64,000 bases of DNA from Octopus sinensis (Eukaryota). How positions within the stretch are numbered: the stretch's first letter is position 1; every line of letters begins with the position of its first letter. This document shows, one piece after another, positions 1 through 12,874 of the stretch. Position numbers and translations under genes: made by a program. The stretch is from contig NC_043003.1 of assembly GCF_006345805.1 (NCBI RefSeq), positions 109,864,001 through 109,928,000 of the forward strand, given 5' to 3'. Below the pieces are notes generated by a model that was given only the letters and a program-made list of their open reading frames with translations, searched no databases and was not told the DNA's origin.

Positions 1-267
1 CTCCACGACTATTTCTTCCCACCGCCAAGAAACATGCTTCAAAGAGATGCGCGGTACGTAAAGCAAAAGGAAAACGTAAGGAAACTAGATACCATTGTTT
101 ACAATATGATATGCCCCTCTGTGTGTGGTACTCTGTTTTGAACTCTACCTCACTACATTCACGTGAAGTTGATCTGACTTGTGCTGTCGAGTGATCTTAT
201 TCAGGAATAATACTGCATGAGCATCCAGCACAGGGATATAGTTTAGAGGGGTAAACAATACTTGCAC

Positions 268-465
268 TAAAGCGGTTGACTTAAATATACGCCGAACGTT
301 ATCTCGTACTGAGTGCTGACCTCAATCGGCGCGATTACCGTTGCCGCGCACAGGGCAACCGAATGAATCATCGCCGTAAACTGGTTAAAGCGGTTGATGT
401 AAATATACGCCGAACCGTTGTCTTGCGCTAATTGTTGATCTCAGCCGAGATGATTACCGTCAATG
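268..465. repeat. Diverged tandem duplication, ~118-bp period
   Basis: TAAAGCGGTTGA..TAAATATACGCCGAAC...GATTACCGT starts at 268 and again at 386. Confidence 0.8.
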
Positions 466-717
466 CAAAAAAAGAAACAAAAAACCCCCGTTGTTATGGG
501 TTTAATTAAAATTCACTGAAAGTCAGTAAATTGTGCTACTGTAAATTTCTTCATATAATCAACGGGAAAAATCGTATAAACACAAACACGAGCAATTTTG
601 AGCATCCTCATCTGTGGATACGTATGCATCTACATCGTGTTTTGCTGCATGGATCTTATTTGTATTACGCAGGTTTTGAGAGTTAAAGATATTTAAAAAT
701 AGAACTATGAACATGAA

Positions 718-739
718 ATATCTATCTATCTATCTATCC

Positions 740-815
<76 letters not shown>

Positions 816-816
816 G

Positions 817-889
<73 letters not shown>
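718..889. repeat. (TATC)n microsatellite
   Basis: Direct reading; explains the SIYL-repeat ORF 707-1024. Confidence 0.97.
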
Positions 890-2059
890 ATGTCTGCCTA
901 TCTCTCTTTCTCTCTCTCTCCCTCACACACACATACACACACACACAAACACATCTACATTTTCATTAGCGACAAAAATAACATATGGATAACCAAAGAC
1001 AAGACATACATTCAAGAAACGTAAGTAGAAAAGTCTTTGCCGTTTCAATCGTAAACACCTCTTCGTAAAGTTAGTTACAGATAAAAGGTACAGCATAATG
1101 TCTGTAGCTATTTTATTGAAGCGTTGCCTTGAACACAGTCGTCGCCGTTGATAAGTCACTTCATCCCGTCTGATTACTCAAACCTATGTTTAAATTATTC
1201 CAGCCGTGTCCTTTCCATCATTTTACTTTTCTTAGACTTTGTTGCTAAACGTTCCTTCTTTTTATGAGTAGGGTATTATTTGGCATAGATTAGGCTGCTA
1301 TTTCTTGTAAATCGATGAACCTCTTATTGGGCTCCCATTTAACTAGTCCACAAAAGGTAGAATATCGCTGGAAACAAGCCATTTCCCATAACATACATGA
1401 CATCTTAATGTTTCTAGCTAATTAATATTGCATGAGAATTTTAATTGGATACGCAGAGATTTTAAACGCTCTGAGTAATATAATTTTACATGATGAATGA
1501 TCTGTTTACCAACAGTTGCACATATTACACATCAAGATATCCCCCCTTCTCTTCCCTTTCCACAACTGTATTTCTCGCGATAGATTTTCATCAACTTCTT
1601 TTCTTTCCTCTTTTTCCCACCATTACCGGGAGGTGTCGTCGTGTGTTGGAATGCAGCCCAGATTTCGTAACAGTAAACGATCGAAAGAGAAAAGAAAGAG
1701 AAAGCAGCAGAAAGTGAGAAGAATGGAGAGTGATAGTGAAATAGTGAGAGTGTGATAAAAACATTGGAAATGAGTGCGAAAAGAAGAGAACGAGAGTAAA
1801 GTGGATATATAGAAAATTAGTGGCAGGAAAATGGAAACAGAACGAGAGGGAGAGAAAGAGGTTGTGGGGAAATAGAAGGGGAAAACACAGAAAAGAGACA
1901 GATAGTGCAATAGTGAGTGAGTGCTATGGTTACCAAGAAGTAGAAAGATAATAAAATAGCGAAGGAGAAATTAAGAGATAGAAATAGTGGAATGGAGAGT
2001 ATGGGGGGGGGGGGAGCACAAGAATGAAAGGAAGCACCTAGAACTGATGACCGAGTTTA

Positions 2060-2496
2060 TAATAAAAGGATCGGCATTGTTTATGGGCTGTCTATACCCA
2101 TATCCAATGAATCGATGATTTGCGTAACAGAGTTTAAGAGACAAAGCCGCTGTCTACACAGAAGTATTGGAGAAGCTTGTAAGGCGTTGGATAGCGAGAG
2201 TACGCAACAGAAGACCGTACGTCATCGAACAATACCGTGTCTTCCCATAAGACTAGAACGCCCAGCGTGGATAGGTGCCAATATCGATGACCATGTTCTC
2301 CCAGACACACGACCTCATCAGAACTCAATAAGTTGGATTAGTACGTATGGGGTGTAATCGACAGAGAGGCCATTTAACACTCCTCTAGCATCAGACAATC
2401 TCTCAAATCCGCGATAACCAGCACTATGTTCAAAATTGATAAAGAACATCTGATTCGGGCATATCATCGCTTCCGACCAAACTGACGCACCCTGTA
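2060..2496 (+). mobile_element. Decayed Tc1/mariner transposase 3' fragment, DD37D (maT)-like, with terminal CACCCTG-TA
   Basis: Frameshifted translation YTEVLEKLVRRWIARVRNRRPYVI...WIGANIDDHVLPD...YGV...DKEHLIRAYHRFR resembles the maT catalytic C-terminus; ends GCACCCTGTA at 2487-2496. Confidence 0.7.
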
Positions 2497-2530
2497 TATA
2501 TATATATTATATATATATTATATATATATA

Positions 2531-3061
2531 TTTATATATAGAGGGCATTATACATACATGCCAGAGAGCATTATACATACATGCCACACGCTAAGAGGGA
2601 CAATTAGTCATTTCTACCAAAATATTACTAATCCCACCGAATGCAATTTTTCAAATAAGACATTTAAAAATATAGACCTGTATCACAGTGATTTCATACT
2701 TACGTATTCATCACATGCCTGAAGTATCATAAACAGCTAACTGATCAACATCAACGAAGCACATGGGTGAGTTTACATATATTACATCCTGTAAATGGCA
2801 TATTTTTACGAATTGCATTTCGGAGAGGAAAAGTTTTTTCGGAATAAAAATTTAGCATTAAGGACAACTACTTAATAGGAATTAACAGAAATTGTCAGGT
2901 AGATAGCGTGAAAACCTCATAAGAGAATAAATTTCGAAAATAATTATTTCTTATTGAACATATTAATTTATATATAGAGGGCATTATACATACATGCCAG
3001 AGTGCATTATACATACATGCCACACGCTAAGAGGGACAATTATACATACATGCCACACGCT
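2531..3061. repeat. Direct duplication of a short minisatellite block (ATTATACATACATGCCA units) at ~2531-2604 and ~2967-3061
   Basis: TTTATATATAGAGGGCATTATACATACATGCCAGAG..CATTATACATACATGCCACACGCTAAGAGGGACAATTA occurs twice, ~435 bp apart. Confidence 0.85.
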
Positions 3062-4223
3062 AATTGAATCATATCCGTTCATTGCATTTCCTGCTCCTTC
3101 TTTCCTGCAATTTTTTTTTCAGTCTCTTAATACTGAAATACACAAACCTCCTTGTTTGCGGCCACTAAGCTTTCTCTTCCATGTAATTGATCTCCCATAA
3201 TGATCAAAAAGAAGCTGTTTGACAAATGTTAAGACTTATGTAAACATTCTCACGAATTATAGCATAAAACTCAGAGTAGCTTGTATGCGATCAATAATTT
3301 GTATTACTTATGTTGAGAATATAAAGAGGTTTAACAAGCTCATTGAAAAATGGGCATAAAAGATTAAAACAAATATATTATACATCTCAGGGTAATTTCC
3401 AGGAGGAATTATTTAAAAAAGTTCAGTACAGAATATTATGAATTCAAAAAGATTTACATTAATGTAGTGGTGAGGTTGTTACTAACCTGTCCGTTTTAGC
3501 AGAAATCATATATATATATCTGTGTGTGTGTGTGTGTGTGTGTGAATGAGAGAGGAAGTATGCACGCGCGTGTATATATATGTAACATGGTATAATTATA
3601 AACAGGGCAAATTTAAACCAGGTATGTGTATATATATAACTATATAGATAATAGATACATATGCATGTATATATATATGTGTGTGTGTGTGTGTGTGCGT
3701 CTGTGTACTTACATAACACATACATGCGCGCACACACACATACATACAAACACACATGTATGATTAACTGCCTTAAACAAAGGAGAGGAAGACTGGTCCT
3801 CCACCGCTAGGTGACAGCCGAAGAAGTTAGAAAATTAGATAGATTCAAACAGTATTTTATCATTTTCTTATTTTGTTTCATAAACACATTTTATATGTGT
3901 TTATAAATAACTAGAGAAAAGTTACGTCCAACAAATCCAATTCTTCTCTCATTAGTAATTAACACATACTCATACAAAGTAATACAAATTATTGATCGCA
4001 TACAAGCTACTCTGAGTTTTATGCTATAATTCGTGAGAATGTTTACATAAGTCTTAACATTTGTCAAACAGCTTCTTTTTGATCATTATGGGAGATCAAT
4101 TACATGGAAGAGAAAGCTTAGTGGCCGCAAACAAGATGTTTGTGTATTTCAGTATTAAGAGACTGAAAAAAAAATTGCAGGAAAGAAGGAGCAGGAAATG
4201 CAATGAACGGATATGATTCAATT
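3062..4223. mobile_element. Fold-back element with ~247-bp near-identical inverted arms (3062-3309 / 3977-4223)
   Basis: 3977-4223 is the reverse complement of 3062-3309 except for a small difference at CACAAACCTCCTTG vs CACAAACATCTTG. The spacer holds AT-rich and microsatellite DNA. Confidence 0.85.
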
Positions 4224-4459
4224 TTAAAATGTATACAATATAATTTGAGCTCGAGAAATCGAGAAAGGAGAAAGGAAAAGTGGAATTGATAGTTTAGAAT
4301 TAAGAGTCAGTATAAGTTAAAAATGTTGTAAATAAAAGTCAATATAATTGGAATCATTCTAAGGAAGAGAAGAATGTAAAGACAAATCTCTGCTCATCTT
4401 CATTTCCGTCGCAGTACACCTTACATGTGCTATTGTCTGTTTGGTAATACCAAACTCAC

Positions 4460-4635
4460 ATCTAATTTACTCGTACGCACTAATGGAATGTACAAAATAA
4501 CTTGTGCAACTACCATGTGACACAAAAACCATCTCTTTCGTAGTTGGAATTCTTGGACGACCAACATCTCCGTAGTGATCTTTAGTGTACACGTATTTGC
4601 CATTTCAGTGATCTCCATGTCTACTCTTATTATTC
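4460..4635 (-). other. Candidate isolated coding exon, unidentified
   Basis: Acceptor CAACTTTTATCTAG|, donor GAT|GTGAGT, and a stop-free 58-codon frame (G)IIRVDMEITEMANTCTLKITTEMLVVQEFQLRKRWF...SKLD. No family confidently recognised. Confidence 0.2.
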
Positions 4636-4831
4636 CTAGATAAAAGTTGACACCGTGCTGGATCTTCACTTCCATTGGCATACCTTGGTTTTGTACTGCT
4701 GGGTTTCAAACAAAACTCTTTACCAGCCAAGACGGGTAGCCTTCAGCCGGTTAAGTTGTCGATTACCAGGAGCGCTCAGCCATGTAACAGGCTCTACTGT
4801 ATTACATGACACATATACAAATAACTTTATA

Positions 4832-4847
4832 TCCATCTATCTACCTG

Positions 4848-4938
<91 letters not shown>

Positions 4939-4990
4939 GCCTGCCTGTCTGTCTGTCTGTCTATCTGTCTATCTGTCTGTCTGTCTATAT
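4832..4990. repeat. (TATC)n/(TGTC)n microsatellite
   Basis: Direct reading. Confidence 0.95.
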
Positions 4991-5227
4991 ATCTATGTCA
5001 CGCTCCCCTCGGTAAAAACACACTCATACTCTCTCACCGCACAAACACACACACAAACACACACATACTTCTATATCATTTCGTCATCAAGGTCTACTGA
5101 TGTAATCTAATTTTGACGCGAAATTCAAGATGTAATGTCGATGTTTGCGTCACGTTAGTGAGTTCCGTTCTTAAACGCATAGTATGCTTCCGCATTTGAA
5201 ATTTCTACTCATCCTACTGTGTTGGTT

Positions 5228-5228
<1 letters not shown>

Positions 5229-5290
<62 letters not shown>

Positions 5291-5352
5291 CACATACATA
5301 TATATATATGTGTATATAGATGTGCATATATATGCATATATATCCACTTGTG

Positions 5353-5389
<37 letters not shown>

Positions 5390-5460
5390 CGTGTGTGTGT
5401 GTGCATATATATATATTTATACATACATATATACACACACACACACATATATAAATATAT
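5229..5460. repeat. (ACT)n followed by (TA)n/(TG)n/(CA)n compound microsatellite
   Basis: Direct reading. Confidence 0.95.
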
Positions 5461-6034
5461 AACAAGCACGGTTTTCAAGAATACCTAAGAATAAATGGCC
5501 ATACAATGACATGCAGAAAGCACCAGCAGCTATCCTTATATATTTATGATATGCAAATAGGTTCCTTTTATGTGTTGGTTGCATCTTTTGTCCGCGTCTG
5601 GTAGACGTGGACAAAAGGCAAGGAAGCGTAGCCTTGAATCTGTATACTGTGTAGAAGACACTTCGATTGAAATAAACGAAAAAAGTAGCCGTATTTCGTT
5701 CATATGCTTCAAATACAATAGGAAATATATACGACTGTCACCTCGAGGACAGGCAATTGTAGAGCTCTGATAATATATAAGAGGGTTCATTTCGTACTGA
5801 TGTGCTTACAAAGCTTGTTTACTTGTATCTGTTTTGTTCGTTTGTTTCTTTGTCGCTGTTTGCGCTCGCTCCATGTTTGCCTTGAGGTAAGTAGAAGAAC
5901 GTTGCTGGTTATCTCAAGTTTTTTTTTATTTCTGCTATGGAGAAGAAGTGATGAAGATGAGTAAAGTGGCAGGTGAGTAGAAAAACAAAACAAAACAAAA
6001 TAAAAATCAAACATAGATATAATAGTAGAAAATG

Positions 6035-6035
6035 T

Positions 6036-6090
<55 letters not shown>

Positions 6091-6340
6091 GACTGCTGCT
6101 GCTGCTGCTCCTACTACTAATACTACTATTGCTACTACTACTAATAATAACAATGACAATGACGTTGATGATGATGGTGCTGCTGCTGATGATGATGGTG
6201 ATGATGATGATGGTGGTGAAGGTTACGATGGCGACAGCGCCGAAAAAGAGGATGAGTACAATGGCATCGATGACATTGCAGACGATGATGTTGATCGTAT
6301 GCTAGTGATGACGGTAAAGAAGATGTTAATGATGGTGATG
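6035..6340. repeat. (ACT)n grading into degenerate (GCT)/(GAT)n triplet repeat
   Basis: Direct reading; produces the poly-T/poly-D and poly-L ORFs. Confidence 0.9.
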
Positions 6341-7229
6341 TAAGAAATAGCATCATGTTCGAAAAACGACAGAAAAATTCTACAACGGAGAACAAAATAA
6401 TAACAGAATATGATTCTATTTTAGCGTAGATTGAGTGTGATGGCATCCTTCGCCATTACTGCGTACAGTATTTAATTTATGAGGCAAACAGCGAAAGAGG
6501 ATATTAAAGAATGATGAATACGGAAGTGAAAGGGAGATAGAGTAAGAAGCAGAAAGAGAGAGAGAAAAAGAGAGAGAGGAACATATAGAAAGGAAAAGAA
6601 AGATAGAGATGTGAAGAGAAAGAAAGAGAGAAAAAGAATGAAAGTGATAGAAAGCAAGATAGGTAGATAGATAGAAAAAAGAGCGAGAAGAGAGAGAGAG
6701 AGAGAGACTGGATGTGGAAAAAAATGGCGGAAGTTAATGGCGACAAAATAAGCGTAAATAAAATGGAAGGAGAAAAGGAATGAGCGATATTAAAAGTAAA
6801 TTGAATATATTTCTGTTACGACGTAGCGTTTCTCCATTATTATCTCATCTTTTCCTTCCTTCTTTTGCACGTACGCTTCATTTTCTCCCTGCTTTCTTCT
6901 TTCACTTTGTCCCAGTATATATATATATTACTATATTTTATACCTTATATCTTATATGTAAAGAATAATATGTTATATGTATGTATATTATTGTAATTAT
7001 CAGTTTAGTAAATAAATAAAGAAGTTAACATAATATAATGTCTAAAAGTTGGTGAACCACCTATTGTTCCCCTCCATTTTCTTATTGCTATATATATATA
7101 TACATATATATATGTATACATACACACATATATACATATACATATATACGGCGCTGCATCTGCATGGCCGCAGTTCTGAGCTGAAACTAGAAAAAAAGAT
7201 ATATATATATATAGATAGATAGATATATA

Positions 7230-7646
7230 TAAAGCTTAGATATGTTTCGACCAAAGTTTGGTCCAGGCCATGTCTAACTTAATAACACCGCCTGATATGA
7301 TTATCTAAATCCTTTTTAAGTCAAGTTTTGTTTATGGTCTATTCAACGAGGGGTCCATTCAAGTTGAGTGAGTTGTATCCAGGTATGGGTGGCTTATCTG
7401 GTATTCCTTGAAGAAAACTGTCCAGACTCCGTTTAAAGGTGATGGGATCCTTTTCCTCTTTGATATGTTTAGGGACAATGTTAAACAGGACAGGGCCTGT
7501 TGAAGAAAATAAATTATGTCGCAGTGTACCTATATGTTGTGATCCTGAATTGGGCAGTGGACGTATGGCTCGTGATCCCAGCCTTGGATGAACAGTGAAA
7601 CTAATGTTCAGGTCGTTGGGGCAATGCTGACGGTATGTTCTCCACA
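7230..7646 (-). mobile_element. CR1/Jockey-superfamily LINE, 3' end of ORF2 plus 3'UTR
   Basis: HPRLGSRAIRP...LRHNLFSSTGPVLFNIVPKHIKEEKDPITFKRSLDSFLQGIPDKPPIPGY is typical of the C-terminus of invertebrate CR1-like RT ORFs; it runs into a (TA)/(TATC) tract. Confidence 0.75.
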
Positions 7647-7773
7647 TCGTGCAAATGATATATATACGTGTAGTACATAGTATATATATGTGTAAGTAAT
7701 CATATACCTACGAATACACATGTACGTTATACGACATCCATCTGTCTCTCATTATATCCCTCTCTATCCTCTT

Positions 7774-7829
<56 letters not shown>

Positions 7830-8012
7830 TACACATAGATATATGATCCCTGGCATTATAATTTGACGAGTCGCTCTAAAGCTAAACGCTTTTTAGATGC
7901 GAAACCATTGGTCAGTCTATGAAATATATTTTACTGCCTGTGACTACATTACTGCTCTATCCTTTAGAGTGTGCTTCTTTTTCAGACACGTGATCCACTG
8001 ACGATATAAATG

Positions 8013-8911
8013 TACGAGGGTAATCCCAAAAGTAATGTCTCCAAAAATATTTAGAAATCACAGAAACGTTTATTGTCAATAATGTTTACATCATTTTAAA
8101 GTTTGAACACTTATCTATTTTTCTACATAATTGCCATTTCAGTCGATGCAATATTGTAGGCTCTGGGGTAGTTTGTGTACGTTCATGTCATAGCAGCTCA
8201 CTACCATGTCGTTGAGGAAGCGTTGAACCTCATCTTTCACTTCGTTGTCGTTGCTGAAGCACGTTCCGGCTAAATATTCTTTCAACTTAGGGAACTGGTG
8301 GTAGTCACTGAGTGTCAAGTCCGGACTATTAGGTGGTTTGCCGTTTATGGTCTTCTGTGAGCATCCGTGGGACCCATCTTGCGCATACTTTCCGATATTG
8401 CAACTTTTCGCACACAACCCTATGAATGGTGCTTCGGGAAACACCAGGAACCAAAATGCGGAGATCATCCAAAGAGATCCGCCGATTTTCACACAGGATT
8501 TGCTCAACCTTCGCGACTGTTTTTTCAGAAATTGATGGTTGCCCGCTTCTTTCTTCGTCATGAATTTCAGTACAGCCAGCTGCAAACTGCCTACGCCACT
8601 TGCGGCAGTTCTTGATATCCATGCAGGACATGCCATACACTTCCGTTAATTGGCGATGAATTTCAATCGGTTTAATGCCATTTGCATTCGAAAACCGAAT
8701 AACTGTTCGAACTTCACACTTGGCGGTAGCGTCAATGGGGAGCATCCTCACATACGACTGCCAAGCCAAGACTGAGCCTACCAGCGAGGCGCGCGCAGGG
8801 GCAGGCGCAGGCCGATGCACAACAAATACAACAGTGTTGCCAATAACCACATTCACAGTTTCCCTGCGTCCCCAGCGCTTTGGAGACTTTACTTTGGGGA
8901 TTACCCTCGTG
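8013..8911 (-). mobile_element. Internally deleted mariner (irritans-type) with both TIRs
   Basis: TIRs TACGAGGGTAATCCCAAAAGTAA (8013-8035) and TTACTTTGGGGATTACCCTCGT (8889-8910). The N-terminal HTH region ends at WVPRMLTEDHKRQ and is joined directly to PPNSPDL..SDY. Confidence 0.92.
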
Positions 8912-9034
8912 TATATCTATATATCTATATTTTCATTAACTTGTTTTAGTCATTAGAATGTGGTCATGTTGTGGCACTGCCTTGAAAATTTTCAATCGAA
9001 CGAATCAAAATTAGTACGCTTTTGTGCTTTTTTT

Positions 9035-9455
9035 AACCTGGCACTTATTCTGTCGGTCTCTTTTACCAAACTGCTAGGTTATAGGGATGAATGCACAGCA
9101 ACTGGTTGTGAAGTGGTGATCGAGGACAAACTGAAACACAAACACACACACATACACATATAGGTTTGACGGGCTTCGTTCTGTTTCTGTCTACCAAATT
9201 CATTCTGAAAGCGTCACGCATGTGTGTGTCTTTGCATCTTTGTGTCGTTGTGCTTCTGTCTGTTTTCCCCAACACAGCTTCTAAACCGGTTTTGGTCTTT
9301 TTATGGCCCGTAACTTAGCAGCTTGGCCTTAAAAGATCGATAGAATAAGTATCAGACTTTGGAAAAGTTTGTACTGACGTTGATTTGTGCGATTAAACCT
9401 TTCCTGGCGGTGCTTCAGTATGGCTGATGTCCAGCGGTTCAGACAAACAAAAGAT
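9035..9455. mobile_element. Two decayed 3' halves of the abundant (TG)n-containing tRNA-derived SINE, in opposite orientations
   Basis: 9035-9215 matches the minus strand and 9215-9455 the plus strand (CCCGTAACTTAGC...GATAGAATAAGTA...GGCGGTGCTTCAGTATGGC) of the family at 33422-33870. Confidence 0.6.
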
Positions 9456-9755
9456 ACCGATAATGGTAGAAGATATACATATATCCGCAGACACAGTCGC
9501 ACGTATACAGACGTACTACGTAACCACAAACCTACATATATAGATATGCACACGTATATACACACATATGTCTATGCATTGAGTAGTAGTGCGTGTATGC
9601 GTGTGATTGAGAGAGAGAGGGAGAGAAGGAGAGCAGGTGTGTGTGTGTGTGAGAGAGAGAGAGAAAGAGAGCGAGGGAGTAAAATAGAGAGGGAAAGGGA
9701 GATGCAGAACGCGAGGTGAAGAAAGAGAGAGAGAGAGGGAGAGAGAGAAAGAAAG

Positions 9756-9788
<33 letters not shown>

Positions 9789-9801
9789 GATAGATAGATA
9801 A

Positions 9802-9880
<79 letters not shown>

Positions 9881-10275
9881 ATGCTGAGGGTTGTTGCTAT
9901 AGTTCAGAAAGAAAAGAGAAGAAAGGAATGCCCAGACGGAACAGAATGAAATATGCATTCACACACATACACACACAGATTCATACATACACACAGACAG
10001 AAATACTCACTCACAAACACACACACAGATACACAAATATACGCACACTTATTCACCAATACAAAGAAGTACACATACTAATCTGGCGCACACATACAGG
10101 CACATACAATAAGAGTGACAGACGAAGACAATGATATATAGAGAACACTGGGTCTATTTTTTCTTCGTATCATTATCTCACCGCCTATATCTCTCTACCT
10201 GCCTTCACTGCTGATCTACCTGTATGTGTGCACACATATGCATGCATGCATGCACATACATACATCTATGTCTAA

Positions 10276-10319
<44 letters not shown>

Positions 10320-11169
10320 ATCGGTACATATGTATATATACATACATGCGCTTGTGTGCGTGTATGTATGTATGCATATGTAGGTATATATGTATGCCTG
10401 CATGTTTGTATGTATGAATGTATGTGTTTTTTCATTAAGATTTATTTAAATTCTTTGTAGAATTCAAGCCAATCTCTAACAAAGTGCCAACTCTTCTTTG
10501 TTTGAGTCCAGACAGTTCCAGGCATGTGTGAATATAAGTGACAGTTCATGTACATATGCATATATATATATATATATATATATATACGTACATATATACA
10601 TACATACGTATATGCATATACATGAGTCTGTGTGTATGTGCGTGTTTATAAGTATATATATATGTATACATACACACATGCGAATACACATACACACATA
10701 TATATCTACATATATACATACACGGACACACACATGTATATATATACACACATATATATTTATATACACACGCATATATATACATACAAATACATATATA
10801 TATGTACATATATATTATATATATACATACATATTTATATATACGTCTATATTTATATGTATATATATGCGTATACGTTTCCATGTATGTACACGTATGC
10901 AAATATTTTCCCCTAGAGTGTGAATGTTTTTGCTTTTAGAGAATACGTACGTATACGTACATGTGTATATAACTGTCTGTTTGTGTAAGTATGTGTGTGT
11001 GTATGTGCGGTAGTCTGTCTATGTTTGCCGTAGGAATACATACATTTGATGGTATATATGTGTGCTTATTCTAGACGATGTAAATTGAAAATCTTTGAAT
11101 TTTTCGCAAGTATACTTGTTCTGAATTTATTTAGAAGATTATTCCCTGATAAATAATGTAATTATTTAT

Positions 11170-11295
11170 ATCAAGAATTTCGCTTCAAGAATTCGCAGTT
11201 TCAGGTTCAGTCGCACTGCGTTAGTATTTTCTGCTGCAGTCACTAACCGACTAATGCATTGCGTTCTTTTGCGTGAATTTGGTAGATGGACATTG
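11170..11295 (+). mobile_element. Degraded 5' fragment of the same SINE family
   Basis: CAGGTTCAGTCGCACTGCG...GTGAATTTGGTAGATGGA resembles the head at 12872-13010. Confidence 0.5.
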
Positions 11296-11319
11296 TATAT
11301 GTGTAATATATATATATAT

Positions 11320-11918
11320 ATATCAAATAGTGTACATTTAAACACAAAGAGAAAAATTACCTTTAACAGGCAATTGCTACACGCTAGGAGAAAGTCTAAA
11401 CGATCGAAAATCACAAAATTTAAGCAATTTTCAAAGGGAATGAAAAGATAAAAACTTTTACCTTGTTTTTACGGTTACACCTATCGGTTTCGGATTTCTT
11501 ATCAAATAAAATATCGATATTACAAAATAAAATATCGATATTACCAAATATAATATCGATATTAGCTTTTCAAAGTTCGTTTCGGCATTTTTCATGTTCT
11601 GTAGACTGAAACTGCACTTGCGTGATGGATTTTGAAAAAAATTATAACATGTAAGGATGAGACACGTGCTATTGGACTCATAATTATAGGTTAGTCTTGG
11701 ATGGCTCGGTTACTGATGAGGATTTGCCTAGTAAATTATTTTATTCGCAAAAAAAAAAAAACAATCCGAAACCTATAGGTATAACCGTAAAAACAAGGTA
11801 AGAGGTTTTATTTTTTCATTCCTTTTGAAACTGCTTAAATTTTGACTGTCTCCAAGCGTTTAGAAATTGACTGTTATAGGTAATTTCTCTTTGTATTTAG
11901 TTGTACACTATTTTATAT
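11320..11918. mobile_element. MITE/fold-back element, ~600 bp, with ~175-bp imperfect TIRs
   Basis: AAATAGTGTACA...CCTTTAACAGGCAATT...TTACCTTGTTTTTACGGTTACACCTATCGGTTTCGGAT is mirrored by ATCCGAAACCTATAGGTATAACCGTAAAAACAAGGTAA...TGTACACTATTT. Confidence 0.85.
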
Positions 11919-11992
11919 TGAATAATATGTTGTGTATTGACTTTTGTACATGCTAGGCCACTGGTAATGAAATCTGTAAAAGTTTACTACCC

Positions 11993-12026
<34 letters not shown>

Positions 12027-12239
12027 ATATATATATATAATATATATTATATATATATATATATATAGATGTGTGTATTTTTGCCCTTATTTACAATTAA
12101 CACGGAAAAAATAGACAAATAGTTACCAGGGTAGCAAAAAAGGGTTACGCCATTTTATTCCTTTGGAATAATATACGAATAATATCCTAGAAACATGTGT
12201 CGGAAGTAAAAGATTTGAATAACACCTGCGCTTAATTCC

Positions 12240-12271
12240 ATTTATATACATATATATATATACATATATAT

Positions 12272-12304
<33 letters not shown>

Positions 12305-12306
12305 AT

Positions 12307-12349
<43 letters not shown>

Positions 12350-12557
12350 ATATATATTGAGAGAGAGAGAGATATTTATATGTATATATATGGATATAGA
12401 TAGATAGATATAAATATATACACAAACACGCACACATAGGTATGTTCATGCATTATATACATGCATACACATGCATATATATGTATATATGTGTATATAT
12501 ATATGTAATATATATGTGTGTATATTGGTGTGTATATATATTGATTAATATATATAT

Positions 12558-12590
<33 letters not shown>

Positions 12591-12840
12591 TGGTATATAT
12601 ATATTGGTATATATATATATATATGTACCAATATATATATATATACACACCAATATACACAGATATATATACATATATATATACACATATATACATATAT
12701 ATGTATGTGTATGCATGTATATATATGTATATACGAATGTATGTATATATGTATGTATGTATGTTTGTGTGTGTGTATGTATGTATATATGTATGTATGT
12801 ACGTATGTATGTATGAATGTACATAGAGTTACGTACAAGT

Positions 12841-12871
<31 letters not shown>
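12240..12871. repeat. Long degenerate (TA)n/(TATG)n compound microsatellite
   Basis: Direct reading. Confidence 0.9.

Positions 12872-12874
<3 letters not shown>

Noticed and set aside
6032-6343. Acidic, Asp-rich ORF resembling a biomineralisation or low-complexity protein
   Set aside because: It arises from a degenerate triplet repeat, with no splice or codon evidence.
7862-7915. Hammerhead-like UUGACGA...GAAAC cauug GUC
   Set aside because: C3 is mutated, stem I does not form and the stem II register is wrong; at best a dead relic.
11715-11740. CUGAUGAGG inside the fold-back element
   Set aside because: No GAAA follows the short stem and there is no stem I partner.
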